Below are positions 28,675-38,667 of a DNA stretch of 64,000 nt, one piece after another; positions within the stretch are counted from its first letter, which is position 1; every line of letters starts with the position of its first letter. The notes beneath the pieces were generated by a model. That model was not told the DNA's origin. It saw only the letters and a program-made list of their open reading frames with translations, and ran no database searches. The stretch covers positions 4,594-68,593 of the forward strand of contig CAYSXZ010000047.1 in the NCBI GenBank assembly GCA_964435235.1, given 5' to 3'. This DNA is from Candidatus Micrarchaeota archaeon (lineage in GTDB: Archaea; Micrarchaeota; Micrarchaeia; Anstonellales; Bilamarchaeaceae). A program made the position numbers and the translations under genes.

Positions 28675-29733
28675 TTATCCAAATGTTGCAAAGAAAGACG
28701 ATAGGAATGCTGATACGAACCAGTAAACTATGTACGAAGTTATTAAAATAAATGGAAAATATTTAAGTCCTTGTGTCTTCGAACCAGTTCTTATCGTGCT
28801 TATTATAAAGGATGAAATTAGTGATGTAACAAAGATTACTGGGATTGTAAAAAGGAAGAAGTCATTAGAGCTTATTATCGGACCTGCAAAGCCTCTTAGC
28901 ACACCCAAGTACCCAAACTGAGCCCCTGCGGTTGATGGTACGCTACTGGCGATTCTCTCAAAGACTTCTATCAGTTTCTTTGCAACTGCAAATAGAAATG
29001 GTGTACCTATAACTGCAGCAAAGATAATAAAAATCTCGTACATGACAAGTGATGCGCTTATCTCCTTTCTTGTTATTATTGTGTTCCTAACATCCGTAGC
29101 GGTCCTTTCTAATATCGCTGTGAGTTCCCCTCCGGTGGTGCTTGCCTGCTGCAAAAGGAGTATTGTCCTTTTAAAAACCTTCGAATCAAATCTCGAACTT
29201 AGTTTGCCCAACGCTTCTTCTAAAGACTCCCCACTGAAAGAGCCTTTTACTACAAAACGGACTTCGTCTGACAGAAGACCAAACTCCGGCTTTGCTGCGT
29301 ACCACATCGCTTGATCGAGTGTCATGCCTGCCTTAATATTGGAGGAAACAAGCATAAGGAAGTCTGGTAAGACAGCCTCCATCTTGTTTCTTCTATCTTC
29401 GACTTTCATTATTATGTATGAAGAAAGAATAAAGAACGCGACGAAATAAAGCAGAATTAGCGTTGCTATGAAGATGATCAACCAGATAAGAATGGTCGGA
29501 AGCTGGATTACACTTGATATGCTAGAGGTTATCATTTCCGAAGTTGGATAATACAATATCAAAAAAATAGAGATAAAGAATGAAATAACCAAGACGTCCA
29601 GTACCACATAACCAGCGAAGGCGTCCGCCGGTAGATTCACTCCAGCGCTGTTCAGCTCTCCCTCGAGTTTCTTTATCCTTTCCCTTGTAAAGAGGAGCCG
29701 TCCAATGCTTTCGAATATAGTTTCATTTGTCAT
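28675..29733 (-). CDS. type II secretion system F-domain membrane protein (TadC/FlaJ-like)
   Basis: 352 aa polytopic membrane protein with a GspF-like cytoplasmic domain; in an operon with the FlaI/TadA-type ATPase. Confidence 0.6.
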   Translation of the reverse strand: MTNETIFESIGRLLFTRERIKKLEGELNSAGVNLPADAFAGYVVLDVLVISFFISIFLILYYPTSEMITSSISSVIQLPTILIWLIIFIATLILLYFVAFFILSSYIIMKVEDRRNKMEAVLPDFLMLVSSNIKAGMTLDQAMWYAAKPEFGLLSDEVRFVVKGSFSGESLEEALGKLSSRFDSKVFKRTILLLQQASTTGGELTAILERTATDVRNTIITRKEISASLVMYEIFIIFAAVIGTPFLFAVAKKLIEVFERIASSVPSTAGAQFGYLGVLRGFAGPIISSNDFFLFTIPVIFVTSLISSFIISTIRTGSKTQGLKYFPFILITSYIVYWFVSAFLSSFFATFG

Positions 29734-29743
29734 TCAAGACCAC

Positions 29744-30604
29744 CTATAATAGATATCTAGGCCTAGAACTTTCTATCATCCCAAGGAAAAGGAATTGAAT
29801 TATTGCTATAAGCAAGAATATTGGGATGAGGATTGAAGAACCGAATTGCCCGCCGCTTATAAACGATAAGACCGCAGCAGCAAAGACTATTCCTATAGAC
29901 GGCACTATTATGCCGAAAAGCATGTAGAACATAACTGCTGGGGTAAGCTTTTGGCTGTACTCTTTCAATTGTATTATCTGCTCTTTTGAAATCTGATCCA
30001 GAACAGCTTCCAATGAGTCGCCAACATCAGCACCGCTTGCTACCGAGTTTGCAATCTGCATCGTCATCTGAACAAAATATTTTGATGGATTATTCTGCGC
30101 GACCTCTCGGATAGCTTGCGTGGTTGGAACTCCAGCTATTATTTTATCTACTATTTTCTTAAACTCCTTGCTTACTTCTCCGTAGCCACTAGAGACTCCA
30201 ACAAAAGTTTCAAAGAGCGGCATGCCAGATTTCAGCGCGATTACAATATGTCTCCCGGCAAAAATTATCTCGTAATCGAGCTCTTTCTTTCTCTTTACCA
30301 GCGCAGCATCTGGATAAAGCATAAAGTAATTGAACGCCATCAGAATGATAACTAGTGCGAGTGGAAGCAACCACACCAGAGAGATCTGATATATTGTCAG
30401 AAAAACAAAGGATAACAAAAGAAGAAGTAATGACGCTATAATCGTTGAACCTATCACCTTTTCTAAGAATGCGGTATGCGTGCTTGGGATATCCGCCAAT
30501 TCGAGCTTTTTTTTCAAACCTGGAAACCGTGGAGCGAGAAACTCCGCGATTGGATAGAAAATTCCGCGTTTTTCTTTTCCTGCTTCCTTTGGATTTGGCG
30601 TCAT
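29744..30604 (-). CDS. type II secretion system F-domain membrane protein (TadB/FlaJ-like)
   Basis: 286 aa; GspF-like domain (TTQAIREVAQNN...DSLEAVLDQISKEQ) flanked by TM helices. Confidence 0.6.
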   Translation of the reverse strand: MTPNPKEAGKEKRGIFYPIAEFLAPRFPGLKKKLELADIPSTHTAFLEKVIGSTIIASLLLLLLSFVFLTIYQISLVWLLPLALVIILMAFNYFMLYPDAALVKRKKELDYEIIFAGRHIVIALKSGMPLFETFVGVSSGYGEVSKEFKKIVDKIIAGVPTTQAIREVAQNNPSKYFVQMTMQIANSVASGADVGDSLEAVLDQISKEQIIQLKEYSQKLTPAVMFYMLFGIIVPSIGIVFAAAVLSFISGGQFGSSILIPIFLLIAIIQFLFLGMIESSRPRYLL

Positions 30605-30607
30605 GGG

Positions 30608-32215
30608 TTATCCCTCAACAGTTCCGAAATACTTTCTTATTATATCAGGATTTAAACCTTTCTCCTTTGCCATAAGGATCTTAGCCACGGTAAGTGCTTC
30701 TGTGTGTGAAACATGTTTCCTTTCATATTTCTTAAAGTAATCAGGATTTTTAGAATGTAAATAGTAGAGCAAGGTTCCAGAGTCGAGATTATTTATCTCT
30801 GATATTATTTCGTCTACATTTGCTTCTTCACTTACAGCCTCTTCTTCACCAGCCTTCTTTTCGAATATGTCTCGCGCAGCAGTTCTTATCAAGCCATCTA
30901 TCCTTTTCGCTATTATATCTTGTAAGGCCGCGAATTCCTCTTCATATTTCTTTTCTATGATATTTATTCTTTTATCTATCTCATCAGAAATATCTTTTTC
31001 TTCAGCGCCTATACTTTCTCTTAATTTTTTCAGTTCGGCGAGATGTTTTTTCGTTGTATAATCTCTAAATTTTTTAATTGTTTCAGGAAGCTGTTCACTA
31101 AGTTTTGTGAGTTCAAAAACGAGATTATCGTAGAGTTTTTTCTTATTATCTACGCTTTCAGCCATTGTTAGATCTTCGTAGAATTTTTCCTGTAATGTAT
31201 CCATCTTATGCTTATATGAATCTGTTATCGAATCCTTTGTCTGCGCAACTTCTGATGATTGTGTGGACAGAAGAGTCTGGAAAACCTGGAAATGTGCAAC
31301 TGGGACTTCACTTGGTTTTTTTGTCTTTCTTGCCTTCGCTATAATTTTTCTTCCAGCCTCTGTCTTCATTGCACTTAGCATATTCTTAAGAGCAGCTATT
31401 TCATGCTTTATTGCTTCCCTCCTATCAATGCTTTTTTCTTTGAATAGCTCCTTTGTTAGTTCGAGCATCTTTTTCTTTATTGCAGCTTCGTCAGCCTTTT
31501 CGCCAATAGTGCTCACAACCTCTTTTTCTATCTGCTTATACTTCTTCTCAGCAGCTTCATCTGGGCTTTCCAATATCTTTGGCATGAGTATCTCAGCTTC
31601 TTCTGATGGCAGTTTTTCTTCTTCTGGTTTTTTCTCCACAAATTTTTCCTCAGGGGGCGCTCTCTCACGAGGAGGAGCTTCCTCGGTTGGTTTTTTCAGC
31701 ATCCCACTTTCTTCATATGCCTTTTCCGGCTTTTCAAATTCCAATTCGAGCTCGCTTGGAAGTTCTACCGGCTTTTCTCTTTCAAGTTCTATTTCAAGAT
31801 GCGGTTTTGGTTTTTCTTCTGGTTTAGCTTCTAGAGTTGGAGGAGCCGCAGCCGCTATTTCTTCTGCTTTTTTGAGTGCTTCTGTAGTTATCGTTCTGAG
31901 TTTTGATTCTGCTTCTTCGATTTTCTTTGCCTCTGTTTCAGTAATAACCTTCTTCTTGGCTGCTTCCAGCGGAGCTACTTCGGTTGGTACTCTTGGTGCG
32001 AATATCTTCATTTTTGAGGCGGTTATTATCTTCTCTGCTCTCTCATAAAGATTGAGTAAATCTGGATAATCTACATCAACATACTCAGCAGGATAAAGGT
32101 CGACGTATCTTTTTATCTCCACTACCCCTTCGTATCCTTTGTATCCGATGGTCTTCTTCTCAAGCCTCTTAATTTCCTCTACTACTTCGGCAAATGCACT
32201 ATTCTCTTCTACCAA
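30608..32215 (-). CDS. hypothetical Glu/Lys-rich coiled-coil protein (pilus-locus accessory component)
   Basis: 535 aa; long predicted coiled coil of E/K/A-rich heptads with globular N- and C-terminal ends; no known domain. Confidence 0.4.
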   Translation of the reverse strand: MVEENSAFAEVVEEIKRLEKKTIGYKGYEGVVEIKRYVDLYPAEYVDVDYPDLLNLYERAEKIITASKMKIFAPRVPTEVAPLEAAKKKVITETEAKKIEEAESKLRTITTEALKKAEEIAAAAPPTLEAKPEEKPKPHLEIELEREKPVELPSELELEFEKPEKAYEESGMLKKPTEEAPPRERAPPEEKFVEKKPEEEKLPSEEAEILMPKILESPDEAAEKKYKQIEKEVVSTIGEKADEAAIKKKMLELTKELFKEKSIDRREAIKHEIAALKNMLSAMKTEAGRKIIAKARKTKKPSEVPVAHFQVFQTLLSTQSSEVAQTKDSITDSYKHKMDTLQEKFYEDLTMAESVDNKKKLYDNLVFELTKLSEQLPETIKKFRDYTTKKHLAELKKLRESIGAEEKDISDEIDKRINIIEKKYEEEFAALQDIIAKRIDGLIRTAARDIFEKKAGEEEAVSEEANVDEIISEINNLDSGTLLYYLHSKNPDYFKKYERKHVSHTEALTVAKILMAKEKGLNPDIIRKYFGTVEG

Positions 32216-32217
32216 GT

Positions 32218-33879
32218 CTAAAACCTCTTAAATTCCCACGGCTTCTTAGCGTTAACAGCTTCAAGAACCGTATCTGGATCTAGGTAGTAATTCGAAACTA
32301 TTTCGCCAACTTGATCGACGTCATCATAACCATTCTTAACCATCCAGTTTAGAACCTCTATTTTCTCTTCGATATCTTCTTCTATCTCCCTCTCTTCCAT
32401 CCCAGCATAAAGAGAAAGGAGCTCTCCCAATCTTCCTAACCTTCCTGTTCCCTTTATTTTATCTGTTTTCACATCCCATTTATAGAGAACGTTTGCTTTT
32501 TCTTTAGCAATCTCTGAAAATTCTAGGACACGCCTTATATTAAATCTCCTGTGCCTGAAAGTGACAACTATTCCAGCAAGCGCGTCAAGCATGGCAGGAG
32601 GAATATTTATCGGAGGGTTGGTGAGTCTTGAAATTGTCTGCTCCGAATTATCAGCGTGTAGTGTTGCGTATACACTATGGCCTGTGTGCATAGCCTCAAA
32701 CATTACCTCCGCCTCCCTCTGCCTTCTTATTTCTCCTACAAGTATCCTATCTGGTCTCATTCTCAAGGCATTTACAAGAAGATCGAGCATAGTAACCTCT
32801 CCCTTGCCTTCAGGATTCGCTTCCCTGACAACCAGAGGCACCCAATGGAGGAAGCTTGGCAGGGTGAGTTCTCTCGTGTCCTCTATGCTTACTATGCGTT
32901 GATTGGACGGAATAAGACCAGCCATTGCGTTAAGAAACGAAGTTTTACCAGAGCCGGTACCACCAGTTACAAGTAAAGATAGTTCGTTTTGAACGCACAA
33001 CCATATAAGCGCTGCAACTTCAGAGGAAACTGTTCTTGAACGAATAAAGTTCGTTATCGTCCACGGATTCTTTGAGAATTTTCTTATCGTTATTGTATTA
33101 CCAAAGCTCGATATTGGGGCAAGTGTAGAATTGACACGATCGCCGGAAGGAAGGTGAGCATCAAGCATAGGATTGAGGATGTTTATCTGCCTTCCAATCT
33201 TTCTTGCAATCATAGACGAGTAATCATAAATCGTCTCTTCATCCTTTATTCTAACATTGGTTTTACACCATCCAAATTTCTTGTGATACACCCAAAGCGG
33301 CTCTCTCGAGTTGTTAACAACAACTTCTTCTAACTGCTCGTCGGCAAGGAGGGATTCCATTTCTCCAAGTCCCAATGTATTTTGAAGAAGGTAAACCGCA
33401 AGTATCTCTCTCTTATCTTCAGGCAAGGAAGGGAAATTGCGTTCAAGAATCTTATGCGCCGCCGCAAGGAATTTTGATTTTACTTCTTCAAATTTTTTAG
33501 GATCAAGAATCTCGCTTATATCGAGTTTTACCTCTGATACTAGCTCTCCCTTTAGTTTTGTTTGTAAAATGAGTTTTGTTCCCTCAGCAATGCCAGGTAT
33601 GGTAATTTCGTATCTTGGCACAAAATCTTTTTTTCTTACTATCTTAACTTCAACCGGGAGCCCTTCGTTCTTAAACGAATACGAAGCAAGGAGCGCAAGC
33701 TGAGAGCGCATAATTTGTTGTCTTTCTTCGTATTGAGGTTTTTCCTCTTCCCCCGGCATCTTTTCTTCTTCAGTTTCTACATCTTCAGTTTCCTCTGATA
33801 GTTCTTTTTCCTCACTTACTGCTTCTTTCCTGAGTTTCTCCCTAATCTTCTCCTTTATATCTTTCTCCTCTTTGCCCAT
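32218..33879 (-). CDS. type IV pilus/archaellum-type secretion ATPase (FlaI/TadA/VirB11 family)
   Basis: 553 aa; Walker A LLVTGGTGSGKTS, Asp box IVSIEDTRELTLP, His box, Walker B DRILVGEIR; KE-rich N-terminal extension. Confidence 0.85.
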   Translation of the reverse strand: MGKEEKDIKEKIREKLRKEAVSEEKELSEETEDVETEEEKMPGEEEKPQYEERQQIMRSQLALLASYSFKNEGLPVEVKIVRKKDFVPRYEITIPGIAEGTKLILQTKLKGELVSEVKLDISEILDPKKFEEVKSKFLAAAHKILERNFPSLPEDKREILAVYLLQNTLGLGEMESLLADEQLEEVVVNNSREPLWVYHKKFGWCKTNVRIKDEETIYDYSSMIARKIGRQINILNPMLDAHLPSGDRVNSTLAPISSFGNTITIRKFSKNPWTITNFIRSRTVSSEVAALIWLCVQNELSLLVTGGTGSGKTSFLNAMAGLIPSNQRIVSIEDTRELTLPSFLHWVPLVVREANPEGKGEVTMLDLLVNALRMRPDRILVGEIRRQREAEVMFEAMHTGHSVYATLHADNSEQTISRLTNPPINIPPAMLDALAGIVVTFRHRRFNIRRVLEFSEIAKEKANVLYKWDVKTDKIKGTGRLGRLGELLSLYAGMEEREIEEDIEEKIEVLNWMVKNGYDDVDQVGEIVSNYYLDPDTVLEAVNAKKPWEFKRF

Positions 33880-33979
33880 TAGATCACCATGATCTCGTAA
33901 CAGATATTCAATACATTAAAATGCGAAGTTTTTAAATATAAGTTCAGCCCCAACGAAAATTAAAAATATGAACATATGG

Positions 33980-35680
33980 CTACTGCTCTTCCCACAATTT
34001 CTTTATAAGTTTTTTAAGTTCTTCGCGCTTTTTTCTAAACTCTAATTCTTCTACTTCTGTAAGTCTAAGCTGCTCCTTTACTACTGCTTCCTTTTCTGCC
34101 GCCTCTGCTGCCCTTTCTGTTCTCAATTCAAGAAGGCTGGCCTGGCGAGAAAGGAGCATTATTCTCTTATTAAGATTGTCTGCACTCTCGGCTAGGGTTG
34201 CGAGCGAATCCCTTATTTCCTCAAGGGCCTTTTTCTTTTCGTTTATACTTTCTGCAAATGCAACCATGCTGCTTATCTCTCCTTCCTTCACAGTCTGTTT
34301 GAATTTCTTTGCTTCCTCTCTAAGTTGCTGCTGCTGAATGCTTGCGCTTTCCTTTATTTTTTCAAGTTCTTTCTCAAGGCGGACCACTTCATTGTTATAT
34401 TTCTCTATAGAGGGAACAACCCTTTCTTTTACTTGCTGAAATGTTAAATAAGTTGATTTATCAGCCTCAAGGGCTTTCATGAGTTGTTCGGATTCCGCCC
34501 TTAACTCCGAGAGCTTCTTCTCGACCTCTTCAGCAATCTCCATTGTTCGCTTCGCGTTCAGTTGCTTTCCGCCCATGAGCTCTGTTAGCTTTCTTAGGGC
34601 CGTCGTCTTTTCTTCAATAATCGCTTCCTTTTTAGAAAGTTCTTTTAATTCCTCCAAGAGCTTTTTTTGAGAAGGGAATTTTGTAACTATGGTTTTTGCT
34701 ATCTCAAGCGAATCTGAGAATCTCTCTATAGTCTCTAGATTTTCCTTTAGTTTATCATCAATATCTTTACTCTTTTTGAAAAGAGAGTCTGCCTGTTTTG
34801 AGAGCTCACTAAGCTCTTTTTTTAGATTTGCTGCATTCTTTTCATAGTCTTTGAGTTCTTTACCAACCATGTTCACTATTTCTGTACTCTCCTGAATATT
34901 TCTCAGGTCCTCTGCCAATGCAGTGTTTCTCCTTTTCACTTCCTTGAAATCTTCCATTATTCCGTCGAGTTTCTTTTTTAACTCTACAGCAGTTGGGAGA
35001 GAAACGCCCCTTGAAACCTCTTCCATTTCAGTTGCCATCTTCTTCTTTAATTCTGTCATCTCGGATAGAAGGGATGGTATTTCCTTTTCTAGCTGTTTCA
35101 CTCTTTCAAACAGTTTCTCTGTTTTGGATTCTTTTATCGCTTCTTCCGCAGTGCGAACGTCTTCCTTTAATGCCTTTATACTATCCCTAAGCAGTTTTAT
35201 ATTCCGAAGCATATCCTCTATTTTTTCTGCATTTTCCTCGAACTTTTTTTCAGAAATCGCGCCGGTTGCTACGCTAGGCGAAATCTTCCTCTCCATCTCT
35301 TCCAGTTTTTTATAAACATCCTCGTAGAACTTTTTGAATGAGTCGCTTAATGTTGCTATTTCTTCTATCTGCGGCGTCACCTTTCCTTTTACAGCAGCTA
35401 TCTCTTTTTCAAGCTCGGCCTTTTCCTTATAAAAAGATTCTCTTTCTATTGCAATCTCCTCCTCGCTTGGCGTCACCCAAACAAGATAAACCTTAGCGAG
35501 CCTATACTCAACCCGTATTATCCCTTCTTCCTCTAGCACACTTGCCCATTCTTCTATAGTACTGCTATCTATCTTAAGTTCACTTGAGCATTCCTTAAGC
35601 TCCACCCTTCCCCTTTCCTTCACGAGCTTTACAAGAGCATCCACACCAGTAGTAACAAGAAGCTCGTCGAATTCAGTCAT
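33980..35680 (-). CDS. hypothetical protein: N-terminal winged-helix-like domain plus long coiled coil
   Basis: 566 aa; N-terminal about 70 aa globular (KECSSELKIDSSTIEEWASVLEEEGIIRVEYR) then about 480 aa of predicted coiled coil; leading gene of the pilus-like operon. Confidence 0.4.
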   Translation of the reverse strand: MTEFDELLVTTGVDALVKLVKERGRVELKECSSELKIDSSTIEEWASVLEEEGIIRVEYRLAKVYLVWVTPSEEEIAIERESFYKEKAELEKEIAAVKGKVTPQIEEIATLSDSFKKFYEDVYKKLEEMERKISPSVATGAISEKKFEENAEKIEDMLRNIKLLRDSIKALKEDVRTAEEAIKESKTEKLFERVKQLEKEIPSLLSEMTELKKKMATEMEEVSRGVSLPTAVELKKKLDGIMEDFKEVKRRNTALAEDLRNIQESTEIVNMVGKELKDYEKNAANLKKELSELSKQADSLFKKSKDIDDKLKENLETIERFSDSLEIAKTIVTKFPSQKKLLEELKELSKKEAIIEEKTTALRKLTELMGGKQLNAKRTMEIAEEVEKKLSELRAESEQLMKALEADKSTYLTFQQVKERVVPSIEKYNNEVVRLEKELEKIKESASIQQQQLREEAKKFKQTVKEGEISSMVAFAESINEKKKALEEIRDSLATLAESADNLNKRIMLLSRQASLLELRTERAAEAAEKEAVVKEQLRLTEVEELEFRKKREELKKLIKKLWEEQ

Positions 35681-35753
35681 GGGTGGATTACAGAATGTAG
35701 ATTAATAAATATTTCTAAGGATGGCTCTTTCTCTTTCGTAATGATGAGGAGCA

Positions 35754-36737
35754 TCATCGTGGTAGTTGTTTTACCAACTTACAGAACTTGCATTCCCCTT
35801 CGCTGCTCGGTTCCCCACATATACTACAATAATTGATTATCATCTTGCTCTTATCATCGCCCCTCTCGCGGAACATTCTCTGCAACGAAAGGAAGCTGTT
35901 TAGGATTTTGAACATCGAACCCGGATACTTATTTTCGAGCTGTTCGACTTCCGCTCGTACAAAACTCCTGAACGCATAAGAGGAATACGGACAGCATTTC
36001 TTATCGAGAAGATTTAGTCCTTTTAGTCTTCCGTAGAGCACAACCTCGCGTTCCGGAGAGCGCAAAAACGGTTTTATACGCGGTACAAATCTTCCATCGT
36101 GCACGAGGTGTTCATTGTAGCGTAAAAGTCGCATAGGTTCGTTTCTAATTATGTTCATGAGAATTGTTTGTGCAGTATCATTGAGAGTGTGCGCTATCGC
36201 TAGTTTATCTGCACCAAGCTCTCGCGCATGTTTGTTTAGGAGGTATCTTCGCACTACTCCACATTCGCTGCACGGATTCCGCGTTCCTGTTTTTGCTACA
36301 AGTTCGTCCAACGTGTAGCCGATGTCATTCTTAAGGGAGAATATACTGTGCGGTACGTCCAAGGATTTACACGTCCCCCGCGCGATTTCGATTATTTTTC
36401 TATTATAGTCGCATTCTATTCCGAGATCGATTGTGATCGCGATGAGCTTGAATGGAAATCTTTTTTTCAATTTATTGAGCATGTAAAGAAGGGTCGTGCT
36501 GTCTTTTCCTCCAGAGAGGCCGAGAGCGATGGTCTCACCTTTTTTAATCATTTCAAACTCGCGAATAGTTTCAAAGAAACGTTTTTCGAAATGCCTGAAG
36601 AAATGCCTTTGACACATATATTTGTTTGCGTACGGAAGGAAGATTACAGCGTCCCTGCTGCAGATGGAGCATTTCTTATCCTTAGGCACGTCAATGACGC
36701 TCTCGCGTTCGCAGCTTAAATTCTTGCTTACGCTCAT
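35754..36737 (-). CDS. ttuA: tRNA 2-thiolation PP-loop ATPase, TtuA/NcsA (Ncs6/Ctu1) family
   Basis: N-terminal zinc finger CSICS...CQRH, PP-loop SGGKDS, central CSECG, C-terminal CSICGE...CKFCK. Confidence 0.75.
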   Translation of the reverse strand: MSVSKNLSCERESVIDVPKDKKCSICSRDAVIFLPYANKYMCQRHFFRHFEKRFFETIREFEMIKKGETIALGLSGGKDSTTLLYMLNKLKKRFPFKLIAITIDLGIECDYNRKIIEIARGTCKSLDVPHSIFSLKNDIGYTLDELVAKTGTRNPCSECGVVRRYLLNKHARELGADKLAIAHTLNDTAQTILMNIIRNEPMRLLRYNEHLVHDGRFVPRIKPFLRSPEREVVLYGRLKGLNLLDKKCCPYSSYAFRSFVRAEVEQLENKYPGSMFKILNSFLSLQRMFRERGDDKSKMIINYCSICGEPSSEGECKFCKLVKQLPR

Positions 36738-36776
36738 AAGATCAGCATTAGAATTATATATAGATTAGACTTTATT

Positions 36777-37310
36777 TCTTTGCTCGCTTTCCGAAACCAT
36801 CCTTAGAATTCCCTGAATGTCTTCCTCTGTTACGGTCGCTTCCCTGGATAATCTCCAGCCATAATTCTCCTCGAATTTTGTAAAGTGGGGCGGAAGGCAG
36901 AATCGGAGCCGGTATTTCAATCATTGCACTCCTGTCAATATTTTTAGAAAGAATGTCCAGGAGAGTGATGTAATTTGCGCGCGCCTCGTCCAGTCTAAGT
37001 TCAAAGCATTCGAGGATATCTAGATGCTGTTTATTATCTATATCAAGTTCAGAGAGCCCTTTTTCTATAGGAATTTTGGAGTCTTATCCATCCATCCTTC
37101 AGCTTGAACAATCTTTCAATTAAAATTCGGTCATCCTTTGAAAGCTTTAGCATAGAAAGTTGGTTGATTATCTTGTGGATCCACTGAAAGTTTTGAGAGT
37201 AATGGAGTAACAGCAATGTATTCGCTTGTATGGGGCACAAAAAGGATAACCTTATCTCCATTCTTCAATCTAACATCCTTATAAACAACGTCCTTGAATC
37301 TTTTGATCAT
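36777..37310 (-). pseudogene. possible decayed gene in three frame-shifted pieces downstream of 37329..38633
   Basis: A 59-codon ORF with GGAG 7 nt upstream (MIKRFKDVVYKDVRLKNGDKVILFVPHTSEY...) is followed by two further open stretches in other frames (to 37049 and to 36777); no intact ORF spans the 530-bp gap. Confidence 0.25.
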
Positions 37311-37328
37311 AGGCTCCTCACATTTATT

Positions 37329-38633
37329 TCATTTATTTTCATTTTTAGAACTCTTATACGAATACTCTTTTTCTAAGTACTCTTTTCTCCATTTCCAAAA
37401 TCTTTTCACAAGTTCTTTATCGCCAAGTCCTTCGAACACTTTTTTTAAACCGTAGCAGACATTTCCTCCATAGTCAAAATCGAATAGTATACTAGATGAG
37501 TCGTCGTAGTTCTTTTCCGCAATTTTCTGCCCTAAGTTGCGAATGTCTTCATCCTTATGTTTGCATGCTTCTTCCAATAGTGCCTTCGAAGCCTCTAAAG
37601 GAATCTTCTCAGTTAAAGGCCCATACTTCTTACAAAGCTGCTTTATCCTGGGCTCATACCACTTATAAATCTTATATGCCCTCTTATATCCATCCAACAG
37701 AATCTCTTTAACATCAGTTCCAATTTTTGGGTCGTTTCCCATCTTAACCAGATTGTCGATGGAGTCTAGGTAGCAACTGCTTTTACTCAGTTTATCTATT
37801 TCAGCCTTTACTTTTACACTAAATTTTATATCTTCATACTGCGGAGTTGACTGTCTTGTTGTGTTTGACTTAATCTCGATGGAAGGGAGCGAAATCATCG
37901 TCTCTGCCTTCTCATAATTTTTGCTCGAATCATCGCTCTGTCGTTTTAAACCAACAAGTTCTTTTTGGAAGAGTGAACATATATAGTCTGCTACATCTTC
38001 ATCGCCACGTTGTTCCGCCATGGTAAAGATTTCTTTGAAGATGTCAGCGATGATTCCACGAATCCGTCCTGCTCTTTCATATTCCTCAGAAAATTTGCTG
38101 TTGGAAGAGCGCTCCTCTCTTGCCTTGTCAAATTTATCTTTAAGAAGCGGTATGAGGATATAATAATCTATCGAATTTAATAATTCTTTTTTTGTAGATT
38201 CAACTTTATTCGCATCGTCTATATCGCCCAAAGATGAAAGCAACTGCTCGGCCCTCTTTCTCTGAGCATCTTTCCGCGTTTTTCCGATTTCTTTTAAAGA
38301 TTCCGAGAGGATGGTTGTGCCATATTTTTTTAGCATGCGGTTTATTGCTCTTACTGCCTCCTTATCGAGCTCTTCGTATGCAAGGGCGTCCACAAGCGGC
38401 TTTATTGCTTTTTTGCCAATCTTTTCTATTTTCAAGTAGTCTTTTCTAACCAAGGATGAAAAAACAATAACTTCTAAATTCTGCTTTTTCAGTTTTTTGT
38501 CTTTGATCTCTTCTGCAAGTTTGCGATAAAGACTTTCGTTTCCTTCATGAAGCGCCTCTTTGAACTTCTGCCAAAGGTGGTTGTTTTGCTCCTTTTGTTT
38601 ATTCCCTGGTCTCAAAAACCTCAACAAATGCAT
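37329..38633 (-). CDS. hypothetical Lys-rich alpha-helical protein
   Basis: 434 aa; no recognisable catalytic motif; predicted mostly helical. Confidence 0.4.
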   Translation of the reverse strand: MHLLRFLRPGNKQKEQNNHLWQKFKEALHEGNESLYRKLAEEIKDKKLKKQNLEVIVFSSLVRKDYLKIEKIGKKAIKPLVDALAYEELDKEAVRAINRMLKKYGTTILSESLKEIGKTRKDAQRKRAEQLLSSLGDIDDANKVESTKKELLNSIDYYILIPLLKDKFDKAREERSSNSKFSEEYERAGRIRGIIADIFKEIFTMAEQRGDEDVADYICSLFQKELVGLKRQSDDSSKNYEKAETMISLPSIEIKSNTTRQSTPQYEDIKFSVKVKAEIDKLSKSSCYLDSIDNLVKMGNDPKIGTDVKEILLDGYKRAYKIYKWYEPRIKQLCKKYGPLTEKIPLEASKALLEEACKHKDEDIRNLGQKIAEKNYDDSSSILFDFDYGGNVCYGLKKVFEGLGDKELVKRFWKWRKEYLEKEYSYKSSKNENK

Positions 38634-38667
38634 GTGTTATTTTATATATGGTTGAGTTTTTAAGTGT

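Noticed and set aside
31263-32048. 261-aa plus-strand ORF and others (34479..35315) opposite the coiled-coil genes
   Set aside because: Reverse-strand translation of Glu/Lys-rich coiled-coil genes gives long Ser/Phe-rich open frames; no start context and fully nested.
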